A stretch of DNA of 64,000 nt from an uncultured archaeon (GCA_964473825.1 CAYYQL010000001.1:96001-160000), one strand, 5' to 3'; positions 29,172 to 40,105 are shown, numbered from the stretch's first letter. A program made the numbers and translations. The notes: generated by a model not told the origin, from the letters alone.

Positions 29172-30758
29172 CTAAAAACCGGCAGCTTGGCCGTCCTTCC
29201 TGAAATCAGAACCTGCAATCCATGAACCTTCTAGCTTGAAGATTGCCTGCCCCCCTCCGAAACCGAAGGAGGTCTCATGGGCAAGTACGTGGCCGAGTTT
29301 TCGAAGATCACCCTGGATATGTGGTGGAACACCGTTCTCTAAAGCTACAGTATTAGATTCTTGATCGTGATGAAACCTTGGATAGTCAAGGGCCTCTTGA
29401 GGACTCATCTCGTAGTCTATCATGTTACTGATGAACTGAGCATGTGCTTGCGCCTGATGTGGACCGCCCATAATGCCGAAAACACCTTCCACCTTTTTGT
29501 TTCTGTATACAGCCCCTGGAATGATTGTGTGGAACGGTCTCTTGTTAGGAGCATAGGCATTCGGGTGTTCAGGATCTAATTGGAAAAGGCTACCTCGGTT
29601 TTGGAGCTTGATTCCAGTTCCAGGTACAACCAACCCGCTTCCAAAGCCCATGTAAAGGCTGTTGATGAAACTGATCGCGTTCCCGTCCCTGTCAGCTGCG
29701 GCCAGATAGACAGTATCGCAATCATAGCCCAGACCCGAGTCTGGGAGTTTCATGGCTGCATCCCTGTCTACCATATGAGCACGCTTCTGCAAATACTCTC
29801 GTGAGAGGAAAGTCTCCAGTGGTGCGTCATAGAAATCGGGATCCGCATTGTGGGCATAGAGGTCCGCATAAGCGAGCTTCTTGGCCTCAATCATCAGGTG
29901 GTACCGTTCAGCGCTCATTGTAGGTTCAGTTGATGATTCAAGCTCCTCCATTAGTCCCAGCATAATCAGAGCAGCGAAACCTTGGCCATTGGGAGGATGC
30001 TCATATACATCATGCCCGTGGTAACTCAAGGAGATGGGCTCGGTAACCGTTGTAGAATGCACCTTCATATCCTCGGGAGTCAGAAAGCCTCCATCATCCT
30101 GTACTGTTTCAACAATCCGTCTGGCTACCTCCCCCTCGTAGAAATACTCAAGCCCGTCCCTACCGACACCTCTGAAGACATCTGCAAGGTCAGGGTTCTT
30201 CATGAGCTGACCTCTTCGGGGAGGAGCCCCCTCTACGGTAAAGACCTCCCGGGCGTATTCGCTCCTGAGAACACCAGTCACAAAACCCCAAACCTCGGAA
30301 ATGACAGGAGACACCGGGAATCCCTCTTCTGCGTATCTGATTGCTGGAGAAAGAACATCTGAGAACTCAAGTCGTCCATGGGCATCAACAAGAGTATGCC
30401 AGAGATGCATAGCTCCGGGGACCGTGACAGTTGGTCCACCCCGAGTCGGCATGGCTTCCCATCCGCGCTCACGTAGGTCAGACAGAGCCACCAACGAACC
30501 AGAACGCCCTGAGCCGTTGTAGCCAATTGGTCTAGTCGAACCCGTCAGATGGACGAGTGCAAACGCATCTCCACCGCATCCAGTCGAAAACGGCTCAACA
30601 ACATCGAGGACAGCTGCTGCAGCTATGGCAGCGTCGATAGCATTGCCTCCCTTCTTCAGAATCTCTACCCCGGCCTGTGTGGCAAGCGGCTGGGAAGTCG
30701 CAACTGCTCCATTCTGCGCAATGATATCAGAGCGACCGGTCTTGCGTTGCCAGAACAT
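29172..30758 (-). CDS. ggt: Gamma-glutamyltransferase
   Basis: GGNAIDAAIA, GCGGDAF, catalytic DTVYL...INS, LQNRG, KRPFHTIIP and GSDFRKDGQA. Confidence 0.92.
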   Translation of the reverse strand: MFWQRKTGRSDIIAQNGAVATSQPLATQAGVEILKKGGNAIDAAIAAAAVLDVVEPFSTGCGGDAFALVHLTGSTRPIGYNGSGRSGSLVALSDLRERGWEAMPTRGGPTVTVPGAMHLWHTLVDAHGRLEFSDVLSPAIRYAEEGFPVSPVISEVWGFVTGVLRSEYAREVFTVEGAPPRRGQLMKNPDLADVFRGVGRDGLEYFYEGEVARRIVETVQDDGGFLTPEDMKVHSTTVTEPISLSYHGHDVYEHPPNGQGFAALIMLGLMEELESSTEPTMSAERYHLMIEAKKLAYADLYAHNADPDFYDAPLETFLSREYLQKRAHMVDRDAAMKLPDSGLGYDCDTVYLAAADRDGNAISFINSLYMGFGSGLVVPGTGIKLQNRGSLFQLDPEHPNAYAPNKRPFHTIIPGAVYRNKKVEGVFGIMGGPHQAQAHAQFISNMIDYEMSPQEALDYPRFHHDQESNTVALENGVPPHIQGDLRKLGHVLAHETSFGFGGGQAIFKLEGSWIAGSDFRKDGQAAGF

Positions 30759-30760
30759 GC

Positions 30761-32137
30761 TTAGTCCTTCTCTAGAGGGAGTCCTGCCTCCCGCCAAGAT
30801 TTTAGGCCTTCGACAGGCACACCAACTTTCTCAAAACCATTCTTCTTGAGGATGCTCGCTGCTGTGGTGCTTCGAATTCCAGATGGGCAAATCGTAACGA
30901 TTTCTTTATTCTTCCTAAGAGAGCCCATCTTCTCGTCTATTGACGTAAGGGGGATGAAGTGGGACTCCTTCATAGTACCCCGATGATACTCATGAGGCTG
31001 CCGCACGTCCACGATCTGAACTCCGCCTCTATCTAGACGCTCATTCAGCTCATGGGTTCCGTAGTTCTTCATTGAACTTGCTACATTGCCAGCTTGCTTC
31101 CAGCCCTCGAATCCCCTTGCAAGATAACCCAATACATTATCATAACCAACGCGGACCAAGTAGCTTCTTGCTTCTTCCATGTCTGCCGGGTTACGAAGCA
31201 CTAGCAAAAATGTTTCATCGGGATTGAAGACCCATCCAGCAATCATCCCCATGGCTCCTAGAAAGCTGCTGATTGAGTCAGGGATGTGTCCTTCAAGAAA
31301 CGTTCCAGGCTCACGCGTATCAATGACTACGTGCTTCGGCTGGTTCCTCATCTCTTCAAATGTGTCAACATCAAGTGTTTGAACAGGATCTCTACCAGTA
31401 AGAAGGGGAGGGCCAATGGTGTTCAGTTTCTCACAGTGCTTGAAGTAAGGTGACAATATGAGCTTCTGCTCGAGCTTTTCCTGTACAAACTCGCTTCGGT
31501 CCATTGACAGCCACTTGTTATTTCGTTGTTCATATCCAATTGTGGAGAACTCGCGTTCACCGATGTCCCCACCACAGACAGATCCCGCTCCGTGAGCAGG
31601 ATGGATGATAACATGATCTCCGAGTGGCAAGACCTTCTCATGAAGACTATCATACAATACTTCGGCAAACTCACCGGTTCTGTCTGGGTCTACAAGGTCC
31701 GTTCGTCCGACTTCGTTAACGAACAGTGTATCCCCTGTGAATACAACAATCGGATCAGTGCTCACAGATTCATCAGCAACCGCATAACACATACTGTCGG
31801 GGGTGTGACCTGGTGTGTTTATGCAGGTGACTTGCATGGCCCCTATCGCAATGAGTTCACCATCGTGTATAGAATCGTCACCGAACTCGAAATTGATGGC
31901 ATCACTGTGTCCGATCCGTGCAGAGGGCATTCGATTCTTCAGTTCCAATGAGCCAATGACATAGTCCTCATTTCTGTGGGTCTCGAAGATGTGCTTGATT
32001 TCGCAGTCATTCTCCTCAGCTAACTTCACGTAAACGTCAATGTCCCTTCGGGGGTCAATTACAAATGCATCATTCCCAGAATGTACGAAATAGGAGAGAT
32101 GCGAGAGCCCTTCCGAGCGTATCTTTACAACTCTCAT
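30761..32137 (-). CDS. MBL-fold hydrolase/persulfide dioxygenase-like protein fused to two rhodanese domains
   Basis: VIDPRRD, ETHRNEDY, TPGHT, FTGDTLF, HPAHGAGSVCG; rhodanese loop CPSGIRS. Confidence 0.88.
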   Translation of the reverse strand: MRVVKIRSEGLSHLSYFVHSGNDAFVIDPRRDIDVYVKLAEENDCEIKHIFETHRNEDYVIGSLELKNRMPSARIGHSDAINFEFGDDSIHDGELIAIGAMQVTCINTPGHTPDSMCYAVADESVSTDPIVVFTGDTLFVNEVGRTDLVDPDRTGEFAEVLYDSLHEKVLPLGDHVIIHPAHGAGSVCGGDIGEREFSTIGYEQRNNKWLSMDRSEFVQEKLEQKLILSPYFKHCEKLNTIGPPLLTGRDPVQTLDVDTFEEMRNQPKHVVIDTREPGTFLEGHIPDSISSFLGAMGMIAGWVFNPDETFLLVLRNPADMEEARSYLVRVGYDNVLGYLARGFEGWKQAGNVASSMKNYGTHELNERLDRGGVQIVDVRQPHEYHRGTMKESHFIPLTSIDEKMGSLRKNKEIVTICPSGIRSTTAASILKKNGFEKVGVPVEGLKSWREAGLPLEKD

Positions 32138-32222
32138 TTCAAATTCCCTACAATGCACAACTCGCCGGCTCGCTTTTAAGATGTGAGGTAACACATCGTG
32201 CAAGCCGAAGCCTCTATCTCCA

Positions 32223-33374
32223 CTATGAATGGTCCCATCTTTTCAAGAGTCGAACAGCACTGTTCACCTTGTTCAGATGGGCATAGGAAAGCAGGAGGCT
32301 AGAGTTCTCAGTATCAGGTACTACTTCAGTGAGCAGACCGGTCTTTGTACTTTCAATATGGGACTGGATCAAGCGATAGCCATCTTCATCAAGCTGATCT
32401 TGCAGACGCGCAACATCGTCGACGCTATCCAATGCAGCAAGAGTTGCTCTAAGAATCGAGAGAGCTTTAAGCACAATAGTTTCGTTGCCGCGAGCATCAT
32501 GGCTCTGCATCAACCTAGCAACCGTGCATCTGGCTTCTTCCATATCCGGCTCCTCGGCTCTTGTCGAAGAACCATCGTCGGCAAGCTGCCCGATTTCCCG
32601 AAGCAACAGGTCGTGAAGCGAGTCTATTGTGGCTATGGTCGTTAAGGCGCTGTTGCCTAAAGCCGCCTCAAAGCCTCCTCTCGTGAGCGGATGACGAACA
32701 ATGTCTTCGTGTAGAGAGAAACTGCTTCCAGCACAGAGTACAGGATGGTCTGGGTCAATATCTCGTGTCCTACATCCTGCAAGTATTGAAAGCAAATCAC
32801 ATCCACAACACTCGCATACAACTGCACCGAGTATGACACTCTCAATCCTCTGAAATATCTCAGAGACTGATTCCTTGTTCTCGACTCTACGAATATTCAC
32901 ACGGCCGTCCTGCAGCACGGTGATACTCATCTCAGAAGCCTTGATCCGCCCATACCCCAGTTCACGACTACACTTCACGTCTTCAAAGGGAACTTCTAAG
33001 CATTCTAACAGGTCACAGAGAATAAGAGGGTCGAACTGTTGGAAGCGAACGGGTTCACCAAGCTCTATCCCATTGTAGACTCTGAGCTCAGCCATGAGAC
33101 GCTTATCCGTGTCCTTGCAGGGTCTTGTATACAAGACGCCACCCTTTGGTCGGTCGGGTGCGATTCTAGGACGCGCCTCCATTCTTCCCGCGCGATTGGT
33201 TTCCAACTCCTCCCTGTCATCTGCGAACTCAGGTAGACCTAGGATGGGGCATGCCGCAACTTCCAAGTCGCCCACAAGAACCGCCCGCGAGAAACTCGAG
33301 CAGGTATTCCGCCCACATAGACCGCAGTCGATTTTCGGTGTGCTCTTCCATGTTCTGACCCAGATGCTGCTCAT
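32223..33374 (-). CDS. (Fe-S)-binding protein
   Basis: N-terminal PKIDCGLCGRNTC...ACP Fe-S motif; later RPC and CECCG motifs. Confidence 0.7.
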   Translation of the reverse strand: MSSIWVRTWKSTPKIDCGLCGRNTCSSFSRAVLVGDLEVAACPILGLPEFADDREELETNRAGRMEARPRIAPDRPKGGVLYTRPCKDTDKRLMAELRVYNGIELGEPVRFQQFDPLILCDLLECLEVPFEDVKCSRELGYGRIKASEMSITVLQDGRVNIRRVENKESVSEIFQRIESVILGAVVCECCGCDLLSILAGCRTRDIDPDHPVLCAGSSFSLHEDIVRHPLTRGGFEAALGNSALTTIATIDSLHDLLLREIGQLADDGSSTRAEEPDMEEARCTVARLMQSHDARGNETIVLKALSILRATLAALDSVDDVARLQDQLDEDGYRLIQSHIESTKTGLLTEVVPDTENSSLLLSYAHLNKVNSAVRLLKRWDHS

Positions 33375-33643
33375 GGTGGGGTGCCTCTTGGAAGAGAAAA
33401 GGCCCAGAGGCACAAATTTAAGCTTTTGTTGTGGGCCAATTCTCGGCTCTGTAGAATAATTCACATCAGGTGTGGGAGCGAGTCCTGTCCTTGTTCCAGA
33501 ATGTCCGGATGTGAACATTATGCTAGCAAACTGATGATGATCATGGTCATCGCGACCCTAGTCCCGTTGACTTTTTCTACAGAGCCCCAATTCTCAGAAG
33601 CCTTATTAGCCGACCAAAGTCCCCAGGTATCGAGCGTAGAGCC

Positions 33644-34213
33644 ATGGAACGTACCCGCAAAGCCCTTGACTGGGACAACAGGTCCGAGATGGTGAAGACA
33701 GGCATTCTCCTAATCCTTGTTGTAGGTGTTACACTGGGTGGTTATGGTGTCTTCATGGCTGCAATGGGCACGACCACACCGCTTGTTGTGGTAACAAGTG
33801 AGTCTATGGTTCCGTCAATCAATGTCGGAGACCTTCTTGTCCTCCAAGGCAGAACCGAAGAGGGGATACAGGTCGGCGATATAGTTGTTTATCAGGACGA
33901 CTGGAACCCAAATCCCATTGTGCATCGCGTCGTAGAGATTGAGGAGATAGATGGCGTCTTCTTCTATTACACGAGAGGGGATGCAAATTCGCAGAGGGAT
34001 CCCGGAAATCGAACCATCGATGATATCGTAGGAGAGGTTGTTCTCATCATTCCACAGATTGGCCATGTGAGCCTTTGGCTGAAAGAACCTCTTGGTCAGA
34101 TCACGATAGTGCTCATCTTCATCCTCATCCTCGTAGTGCCTGAGATTGCATGCAAGGAAGAGGAAGATGAAACAGAATCACCCGAGGCAAACGGTGAGGA
34201 AATCCTCGATTGA
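33644..34213 (+). CDS. Signal peptidase I (archaeal/Sec11 type)
   Basis: TM helix, VVTSESMVP (catalytic Ser), PIVHRV (His) and TRGDAN. Confidence 0.92.
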   Translation: MERTRKALDWDNRSEMVKTGILLILVVGVTLGGYGVFMAAMGTTTPLVVVTSESMVPSINVGDLLVLQGRTEEGIQVGDIVVYQDDWNPNPIVHRVVEIEEIDGVFFYYTRGDANSQRDPGNRTIDDIVGEVVLIIPQIGHVSLWLKEPLGQITIVLIFILILVVPEIACKEEEDETESPEANGEEILD

Positions 34214-34238
34214 GAGGGGCAATGACGTCGGTAGAGAT

Positions 34239-35843
34239 TCACATCGCTTCAGATGGACCAAAGACACTGCCAATCAAATCCAGAAACACAGCCTTTCGTG
34301 CTTCACTGAGACTTGCCCGGTTCGTCATCTCAACCAGTTGTTTCGCAGTGGTCTCATTCAAGCGAAGCTTGAACAACCTTCTACCCAGTGAGGCACTGAT
34401 AGACTCGAATTTGGCACCACGCGACTCCTCAGGGATGGCGATAACAGCAATCTCAGCCTCGCCTTCATCAAGAGCACTCTGGAGTCTCTTTGCGGAGTAG
34501 TAGGCAGCCACACCACCGCTTCGATTCCAGTCTTTGACATTTGGCACATCAATTGACACCCTATGCTCATCTCCGTCCCGGTGCAGGACGACAGTGGCCG
34601 ATGTTTGGGATTTCTCGCCGCCTGATGCAGTATGCAGTCGCACCTCAACATCCATCTTCAGGCCAGCGATGAGGATAGCTTTCACAATGGCACCGATGAC
34701 CACATTCGGAGTCAACTTGACAACGTAATCGTCCTGTTCTTCAACAGCTGTTTCTTCCCGGCCGAGCAGAATCCCATCGAGACGATTGATGATGTGCCTT
34801 ATCGCCTCACGGGGAACACCCCTAGATTTGGTGAATGCAGTGTCAATATCCTCCTCTGAGAGTGGGAATAGTGGATTGGGTGGAGGGTCAACGTTCTTCT
34901 CTTCCCAATACCTGTTCATGGTGCGGGCCACGAATCCGGCCACGTCGTTCTTGGTGAAGTGGCGTAATTCCACAGGCTCTTCCATACGGGACTTCATTGG
35001 AGCATCAGCTAGCTCGTAGATTCTGGGCCAGATTTCAGTCAAGCAAGACGCCACAATTACGATGTTCTTTGATTCATTGTATAACCGTTTCATGACCTCA
35101 AGGAACTGCCTCTCACCGTGATCTCCATGTGTATTGTAAGGCCCCTCCATCTCGTCTATGAATAGTGTAAGCGGCTCCTGTGCCCCCTCCGATAAGACCT
35201 TGATTGTTGCTAATGTGACATCATCATCCTCTAGCACAGTATGGACATCTAGGCTATCAATCTCTTCTTGACTCAACGCGTCTCCAAGAAGCCATCTTCT
35301 GGCAAGCACCCTTCGCTTTGGATCTAGCTGATAATGAAGTAACACTTTGACTGCATCTGAGCTGATACCGGGATACTCTTCCAAGGCGCGGTCCATTATA
35401 TGGTCGATATCTTGACTGCCGTTATCGGAACCATCGCCAAAACGGGCGACTAACATTCTTCCGGCACTCGCAAACAACTCATCCCCCGCCTCGTCAACGA
35501 TGCAGGCGTGGAAGTGCAAAGGTACGCGTGCTGGACTCGGTGGAGAGGGAACGTAGATGGTGGTGTAAGGACCAAACTTGGGATCCACTTCTCGTTCCTT
35601 CAACACCCAGAAGAAGTGTGTCTTTCCCATCCCTGCACTGCCGAGCACCGGTTGAAACCGAGGGGTCCCATCGCTCTTCGTGAAACGGATAGCCCTAGCA
35701 ATCGATCGGTCTGCCTCTTCATGTGGTCCCCGGATGTCCACTCCGTCAGGCGTATCTCCTCTGGAAACATACCGTTTCATGGGAAGGTCATTCTGCAAAA
35801 TGTCAAGATACATCTCTTTGTCGAATTGAGTGCTTTCCTCCAT
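34239..35843 (-). CDS. P-loop AAA+-type ATPase with uncharacterised C-terminal alpha/beta domain
   Basis: Walker A GSAGMGKT; Walker B LFIDEME; SRM arginine finger; GVPREAI sensor. Confidence 0.75.
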   Translation of the reverse strand: MEESTQFDKEMYLDILQNDLPMKRYVSRGDTPDGVDIRGPHEEADRSIARAIRFTKSDGTPRFQPVLGSAGMGKTHFFWVLKEREVDPKFGPYTTIYVPSPPSPARVPLHFHACIVDEAGDELFASAGRMLVARFGDGSDNGSQDIDHIMDRALEEYPGISSDAVKVLLHYQLDPKRRVLARRWLLGDALSQEEIDSLDVHTVLEDDDVTLATIKVLSEGAQEPLTLFIDEMEGPYNTHGDHGERQFLEVMKRLYNESKNIVIVASCLTEIWPRIYELADAPMKSRMEEPVELRHFTKNDVAGFVARTMNRYWEEKNVDPPPNPLFPLSEEDIDTAFTKSRGVPREAIRHIINRLDGILLGREETAVEEQDDYVVKLTPNVVIGAIVKAILIAGLKMDVEVRLHTASGGEKSQTSATVVLHRDGDEHRVSIDVPNVKDWNRSGGVAAYYSAKRLQSALDEGEAEIAVIAIPEESRGAKFESISASLGRRLFKLRLNETTAKQLVEMTNRASLSEARKAVFLDLIGSVFGPSEAM

Positions 35844-35964
35844 GGTCGCGCAACCTCCAGTGGGTACATAACGGTATTCGGAGAAGGATTATGAATCTGT
35901 TGCCTTGAAGTTTCTAACCTCTGGAAGCACCGGGTTTATCAGATGGTGTCTATCTGGAAGAATC

Positions 35965-36945
35965 ATGACATCCGCCATCTCTGTTAAGGACCTCACGAAG
36001 AAGTTTGGAGATTTCACGGCTGTGGATCATATCAGTTTCGAGGTGCAACAAGGTGAGGTCTTTGGGTTCCTAGGCCCCAACGGAGCAGGGAAGACGACGA
36101 CGACCCGCATGCTGACTGGCATCTCTACTCCTACTGATGGAACAGCAAGAATCATGGGTCATGATATCCAGCATGAGGCCTTCGCTGCCAAAGAGATAAT
36201 GGGTGTCGTCACGGACCTGTCCAACGTGTACAACGACCTCAGTGCTTGGGACAATCTCATATTCACAGCCAAACTCTACGGACTCGACAGACACAGACGT
36301 GAGGAGAGGGCTGGGGAACTGCTGGAGATGTTCGGTCTGCAGGAAGTCAGAGATGATAACGTACGCGAGTTCTCTGGGGGTATGAAACGACGCCTCACTA
36401 TTGCAATGGCTCTGATCAACGACGCTCAAGTTCTGTTTCTCGACGAGCCCACTACAGCCCTTGATGTTCAAAGCGTGAGAACGATTCGAGGACTTGTGCG
36501 CGAACTCAATGAGAATGGCACGACTATCTTTCTGACCACACATAATATGCAAGAAGCAAATGAACTCTGTAGCAGAATTGCAATCATCAACCAAGGCCGA
36601 ATAGGAACCATCGGACCCCCTGAGAAGTTGAAACAGGCAATGGAGAAGATGCACTCAATAGAGGTCGCCTTTGATAGGGTAAACGATTCGCTCTCTTCGA
36701 CGTTAACAGATCTTGAAGGTGTAAGGGAAGTCCAGAAACGGGGAGATAAGTTCAGACTATTCACCCTGACTCCACCTGAAACCCTTACGAGCATCTTCGA
36801 ACTAGCGAAGCAAAATGGAATGAAGCTGCTAAGTGTGAACACCCTTGGACCCACCCTTGAGGACGTATTCTTGGAACTGACGGGAGAAGAGATTGTTCAC
36901 AGAGGGAAGTATCAGACAGGAAACATGAAGAAAAGGAGGCAATAG
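35965..36945 (+). CDS. ABC-2 exporter ATP-binding subunit
   Basis: GPNGAGKT, FSGGMKRR, FLDEPT and LTTH motifs. Confidence 0.93.
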   Translation: MTSAISVKDLTKKFGDFTAVDHISFEVQQGEVFGFLGPNGAGKTTTTRMLTGISTPTDGTARIMGHDIQHEAFAAKEIMGVVTDLSNVYNDLSAWDNLIFTAKLYGLDRHRREERAGELLEMFGLQEVRDDNVREFSGGMKRRLTIAMALINDAQVLFLDEPTTALDVQSVRTIRGLVRELNENGTTIFLTTHNMQEANELCSRIAIINQGRIGTIGPPEKLKQAMEKMHSIEVAFDRVNDSLSSTLTDLEGVREVQKRGDKFRLFTLTPPETLTSIFELAKQNGMKLLSVNTLGPTLEDVFLELTGEEIVHRGKYQTGNMKKRRQ

Positions 36946-36948
36946 TCG

Positions 36949-37719
36949 TTGTCGAATGATGCAACAATCATCGCCAGAATCCGAAAGGAAGCGTCGCGAG
37001 CATGGGCAATTGGATGGAAAGACATCAAGGTCTACTACCTCTCACCCCCCACTCTGATGTTTGGAGTGATGTTTCCATTTGCATTGTTCTTCACATTCAC
37101 CGTGGGGAGAAATCTCAGCATCACCGAGATGCTACCGGTCCTGTTTGCACAGACTGTATTCTGGGCCGCCTCAACTGTAGGACCGGTTGTCATACCACTT
37201 GAGCGGAGAACAAAGACTTTTGACAGGTATCTCTCAGCCCCAATGTCATTGTTCTCAGTCATTCTGGGGAAGTCATTGGCTGGAGTGGCCTTTGGCCTGA
37301 TTGTATCAGTCATTCCATTTCTTGCGGGATGGTTGTTCTTCTCACTCAAGGTTGTCGATGTCATTCTCTTTATGTTGGGAATCTTCCTCTCATGTATAGC
37401 CTTTGCATCTATGGGAATCATGTTTGCTAGCATCCCTACAGAGAGTGTTGGGAACATCATGATGCCAATGAACTTCATCCGTATACCGCTACTCTTCATC
37501 AGCGGGATATTCATCCCCATAGAGAGTCTGCCTTTCGTCGGACAAGTAGTATCGATGTTTTCTCCCTTGACGCATACATTAATCCTCATCCGTCTAGGTC
37601 TCGGAGTAGAGTCATTCGCCGTGCCTCCTTTGATTAGCATCGCCGTCCTCCTATTCACAAGTCTGCTCTTCTTCTTCGTGAGTAAGCAGTTCCACGAGAT
37701 AAACAAGAGAAGAGAGTAG
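36949..37719 (+). CDS. ABC-2 exporter permease
   Basis: 6 TM helices; ERRTKTFDRYLSAP; ILGK; FISGIFIP. Confidence 0.9.
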   Translation: MSNDATIIARIRKEASRAWAIGWKDIKVYYLSPPTLMFGVMFPFALFFTFTVGRNLSITEMLPVLFAQTVFWAASTVGPVVIPLERRTKTFDRYLSAPMSLFSVILGKSLAGVAFGLIVSVIPFLAGWLFFSLKVVDVILFMLGIFLSCIAFASMGIMFASIPTESVGNIMMPMNFIRIPLLFISGIFIPIESLPFVGQVVSMFSPLTHTLILIRLGLGVESFAVPPLISIAVLLFTSLLFFFVSKQFHEINKRRE

Positions 37720-37832
37720 GACGAAGGGACTCCGATCACGACAAGCATCTCAACAGATGGCCGCAGGCCAATCATTTATGTAAATGTGCCACTCCGCCTA
37801 CTACAGTACCCCCTTGAGGTAGGTGAGATAGG

Positions 37833-39164
37833 ATGCCCTCAAGCCCAGATAGCTCTGTCATTGATGTGAATTCAGCAGAGAAGATGACGCGGCTTTCAAT
37901 TCTCACGGCTACGAGTCGACTAGGCTGGTCATTCAACATCGTTGTTCTTCCATTGTTCGCTATCAGCATCGGGCAAGATGAGGCGTTCTATGGCCTCATG
38001 GTGGCTGCGGCCGGCTACGTCCAGTCAGCGGTTCTCTTTCCTGCAGGGACCTTCAGTGATAGAGCCGGAAGAGGAAAGGCCATACTCATCGGCAGTGTCG
38101 CAAGCGGTCTATGTATGTTTGCACTACCCTTTACAAGTGGACTCTGGTCGCTCATGGTGTATGCCCTTACAGGAATAGGAACTGGATTCACCAGTACATC
38201 GGTAGACTCTCTCGTTGCCGATTATACCGAGAAGGGAGAGGAGAGAACAAGGTCCTATGGAGTGACGCAGGCAGCGGCAACTCTATCCGGTACTGTTGCA
38301 CCCTTTCTCGGAGGCTTTATTCTCGATCCCCTTGCAGCTCCGTTTCTTGATGCCATCAACATCCCCGGAGTGTCCAGTGCACTAACTCGATTTGCAGTCA
38401 TCTTCTTCATCATGGGAGCAATCACAGTAGTGACTGGCCTCTACGGGATTCGGACTGAGAGATGGTTGGAGCAGAACTATGTCATGGAAGCTCCTCCCGC
38501 AAATGAAGAATTGCCCAGACTGGAGAGCCTTGAGGACCCCACAGAGAATGATGCAAAGACCTCTCTCCTGTTTGGGGTTAATAGCCTGATCATGGGGCTG
38601 GCCTCGGGCATGGTCGTCCCCTATCTCATTCCCTGGATTAACAAGGCATTCACAACTAATCCGCTAATACTAGGAAGCGTGCCCACAATCTCAAATCTGC
38701 TTCTCACGACCGGCACCCTATTTGTTGGTTTTTCCAGTGAGAGAATAGGAAAGCTACGACTTGTGTTCCTACTGTACCTTATGGCGCCCATTCTAACAGT
38801 AGGGATGGTATATGCACCATACTTCTTCGTAATGGTCATCTTCTATGTCATTAGGATGGCTGTTGCTAACATGGCGAGACCGGCCACGCACTCGTTATTT
38901 ATGGGCGAAATCACGAGCTCAAGAAGAGGGCGCTCTTGGGCGGTGAATCGCATAATGTGGACATTTCCACGTCAGACAGGTACACTCTTGACCTCCCTGA
39001 TGTTATCTGCAGGAATCTTCAGCGGAATCGTGCCATTCGGGGTCTTTTTCTTCCCAATCGCGATGAGTCTGTACCCACTCTCTGTTCTTCCCATGTACAT
39101 TGCAGTAAAACGCAATGAAGGGAGAAGAGGGGAGATCCTATCTGTCGACGAGAATGGCGTCTGA
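37833..39164 (+). CDS. MFS transporter
   Basis: About 12 TM helices; motif A GTFSDRAGRG and a second copy SERIGK. Confidence 0.88.
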   Translation: MPSSPDSSVIDVNSAEKMTRLSILTATSRLGWSFNIVVLPLFAISIGQDEAFYGLMVAAAGYVQSAVLFPAGTFSDRAGRGKAILIGSVASGLCMFALPFTSGLWSLMVYALTGIGTGFTSTSVDSLVADYTEKGEERTRSYGVTQAAATLSGTVAPFLGGFILDPLAAPFLDAINIPGVSSALTRFAVIFFIMGAITVVTGLYGIRTERWLEQNYVMEAPPANEELPRLESLEDPTENDAKTSLLFGVNSLIMGLASGMVVPYLIPWINKAFTTNPLILGSVPTISNLLLTTGTLFVGFSSERIGKLRLVFLLYLMAPILTVGMVYAPYFFVMVIFYVIRMAVANMARPATHSLFMGEITSSRRGRSWAVNRIMWTFPRQTGTLLTSLMLSAGIFSGIVPFGVFFFPIAMSLYPLSVLPMYIAVKRNEGRRGEILSVDENGV

Positions 39165-39250
39165 TCGCTCCGCCAGAGACCTCAGCAAGATTCATTATTC
39201 AGCAAGGACCTAGCAAAATCAACCAATCAGAAGGGAGCGAGATTGCAGAT

Positions 39251-39889
39251 ATGACCATCATCCGAGACAGCAGGGTTCGCACACTACCTCTGGTAGCATT
39301 AGTATTGTGTTACAGTCTAGCAAGTAGAAACGGGATTCTTACCATGCTATCTATCTTTGGGCTCATTGGCATTGTGTGCTCAAGAGAAGAAAGAGTTGAG
39401 GGGGCAGTGGCCTCATCCGCTAAGGTCATGGCCGTTTCCGAGGATGTCACCGAATCCTATGTCCCACAAGTTGAGCAACCTCGTGCCGAGCTTGTTGAAC
39501 TACCTGTTGAAACAGTCGAGGGAATCGGCCCCAAGTATGGGAAGAAACTCCGTGATGCAGGTATCAAGAACTTGGCAGATCTCCTGAGCAGCATGGCTGA
39601 CGAGGTTGCAAATGTCTGTAATGTGAGTCTGGAGGAGGCACAGATATGGATTGCAGTCAGCAGGTTCTGTTGGCTCCTATCGGTGTCGCAAGAAGATGCT
39701 GAGGCAATCGTATACGGTGGGGGCATTATAGACCTCAAAGAATTGGCCTCGGCGAATCCTCAATCATTGCTTGGACGCATCAACGATGCTGTGCAACTCG
39801 GGCATGTAACAATTCCTGAAGGGTACGAGTTCAAGATTAAGAGAGTCAAGGCTTGGATCTCCGAGGCTCAGGATCTCTTGAGCGACTAA
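39251..39889 (+). CDS. Membrane-anchored helix-hairpin-helix (DUF4332-like) protein
   Basis: N-terminal hydrophobic segments; VEGIGPKYGKKLRDAGI; C-terminal VKAWISEA. Confidence 0.7.
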   Translation: MTIIRDSRVRTLPLVALVLCYSLASRNGILTMLSIFGLIGIVCSREERVEGAVASSAKVMAVSEDVTESYVPQVEQPRAELVELPVETVEGIGPKYGKKLRDAGIKNLADLLSSMADEVANVCNVSLEEAQIWIAVSRFCWLLSVSQEDAEAIVYGGGIIDLKELASANPQSLLGRINDAVQLGHVTIPEGYEFKIKRVKAWISEAQDLLSD

Positions 39890-40105
39890 TCCTGTCTGAG
39901 ATTCGGCTTTTCTCGGAACTGGGTAACGCCAGAACAAAGAGACCACGCCGCACCATGTCTTTCTACTCCAAAGAGAGATTCCATAAGAAAACAACAAGCC
40001 GATTAGTCACCGAACGAAGCCCATAAATAGCTAGCATATTGAGCCCGAGGCAGATACGACGCAATACTGTCTCGTAATAGTAACGTCACTATAACGGTGA
40101 AGATA

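Noticed and set aside
37035-37775. 246-aa antisense ORF, and similar Ser-rich antisense ORFs across 2.7-16.5 kb and 60.7-61.7 kb
   Set aside because: They lie opposite well-supported genes, show no motifs, and are explained by codon bias.
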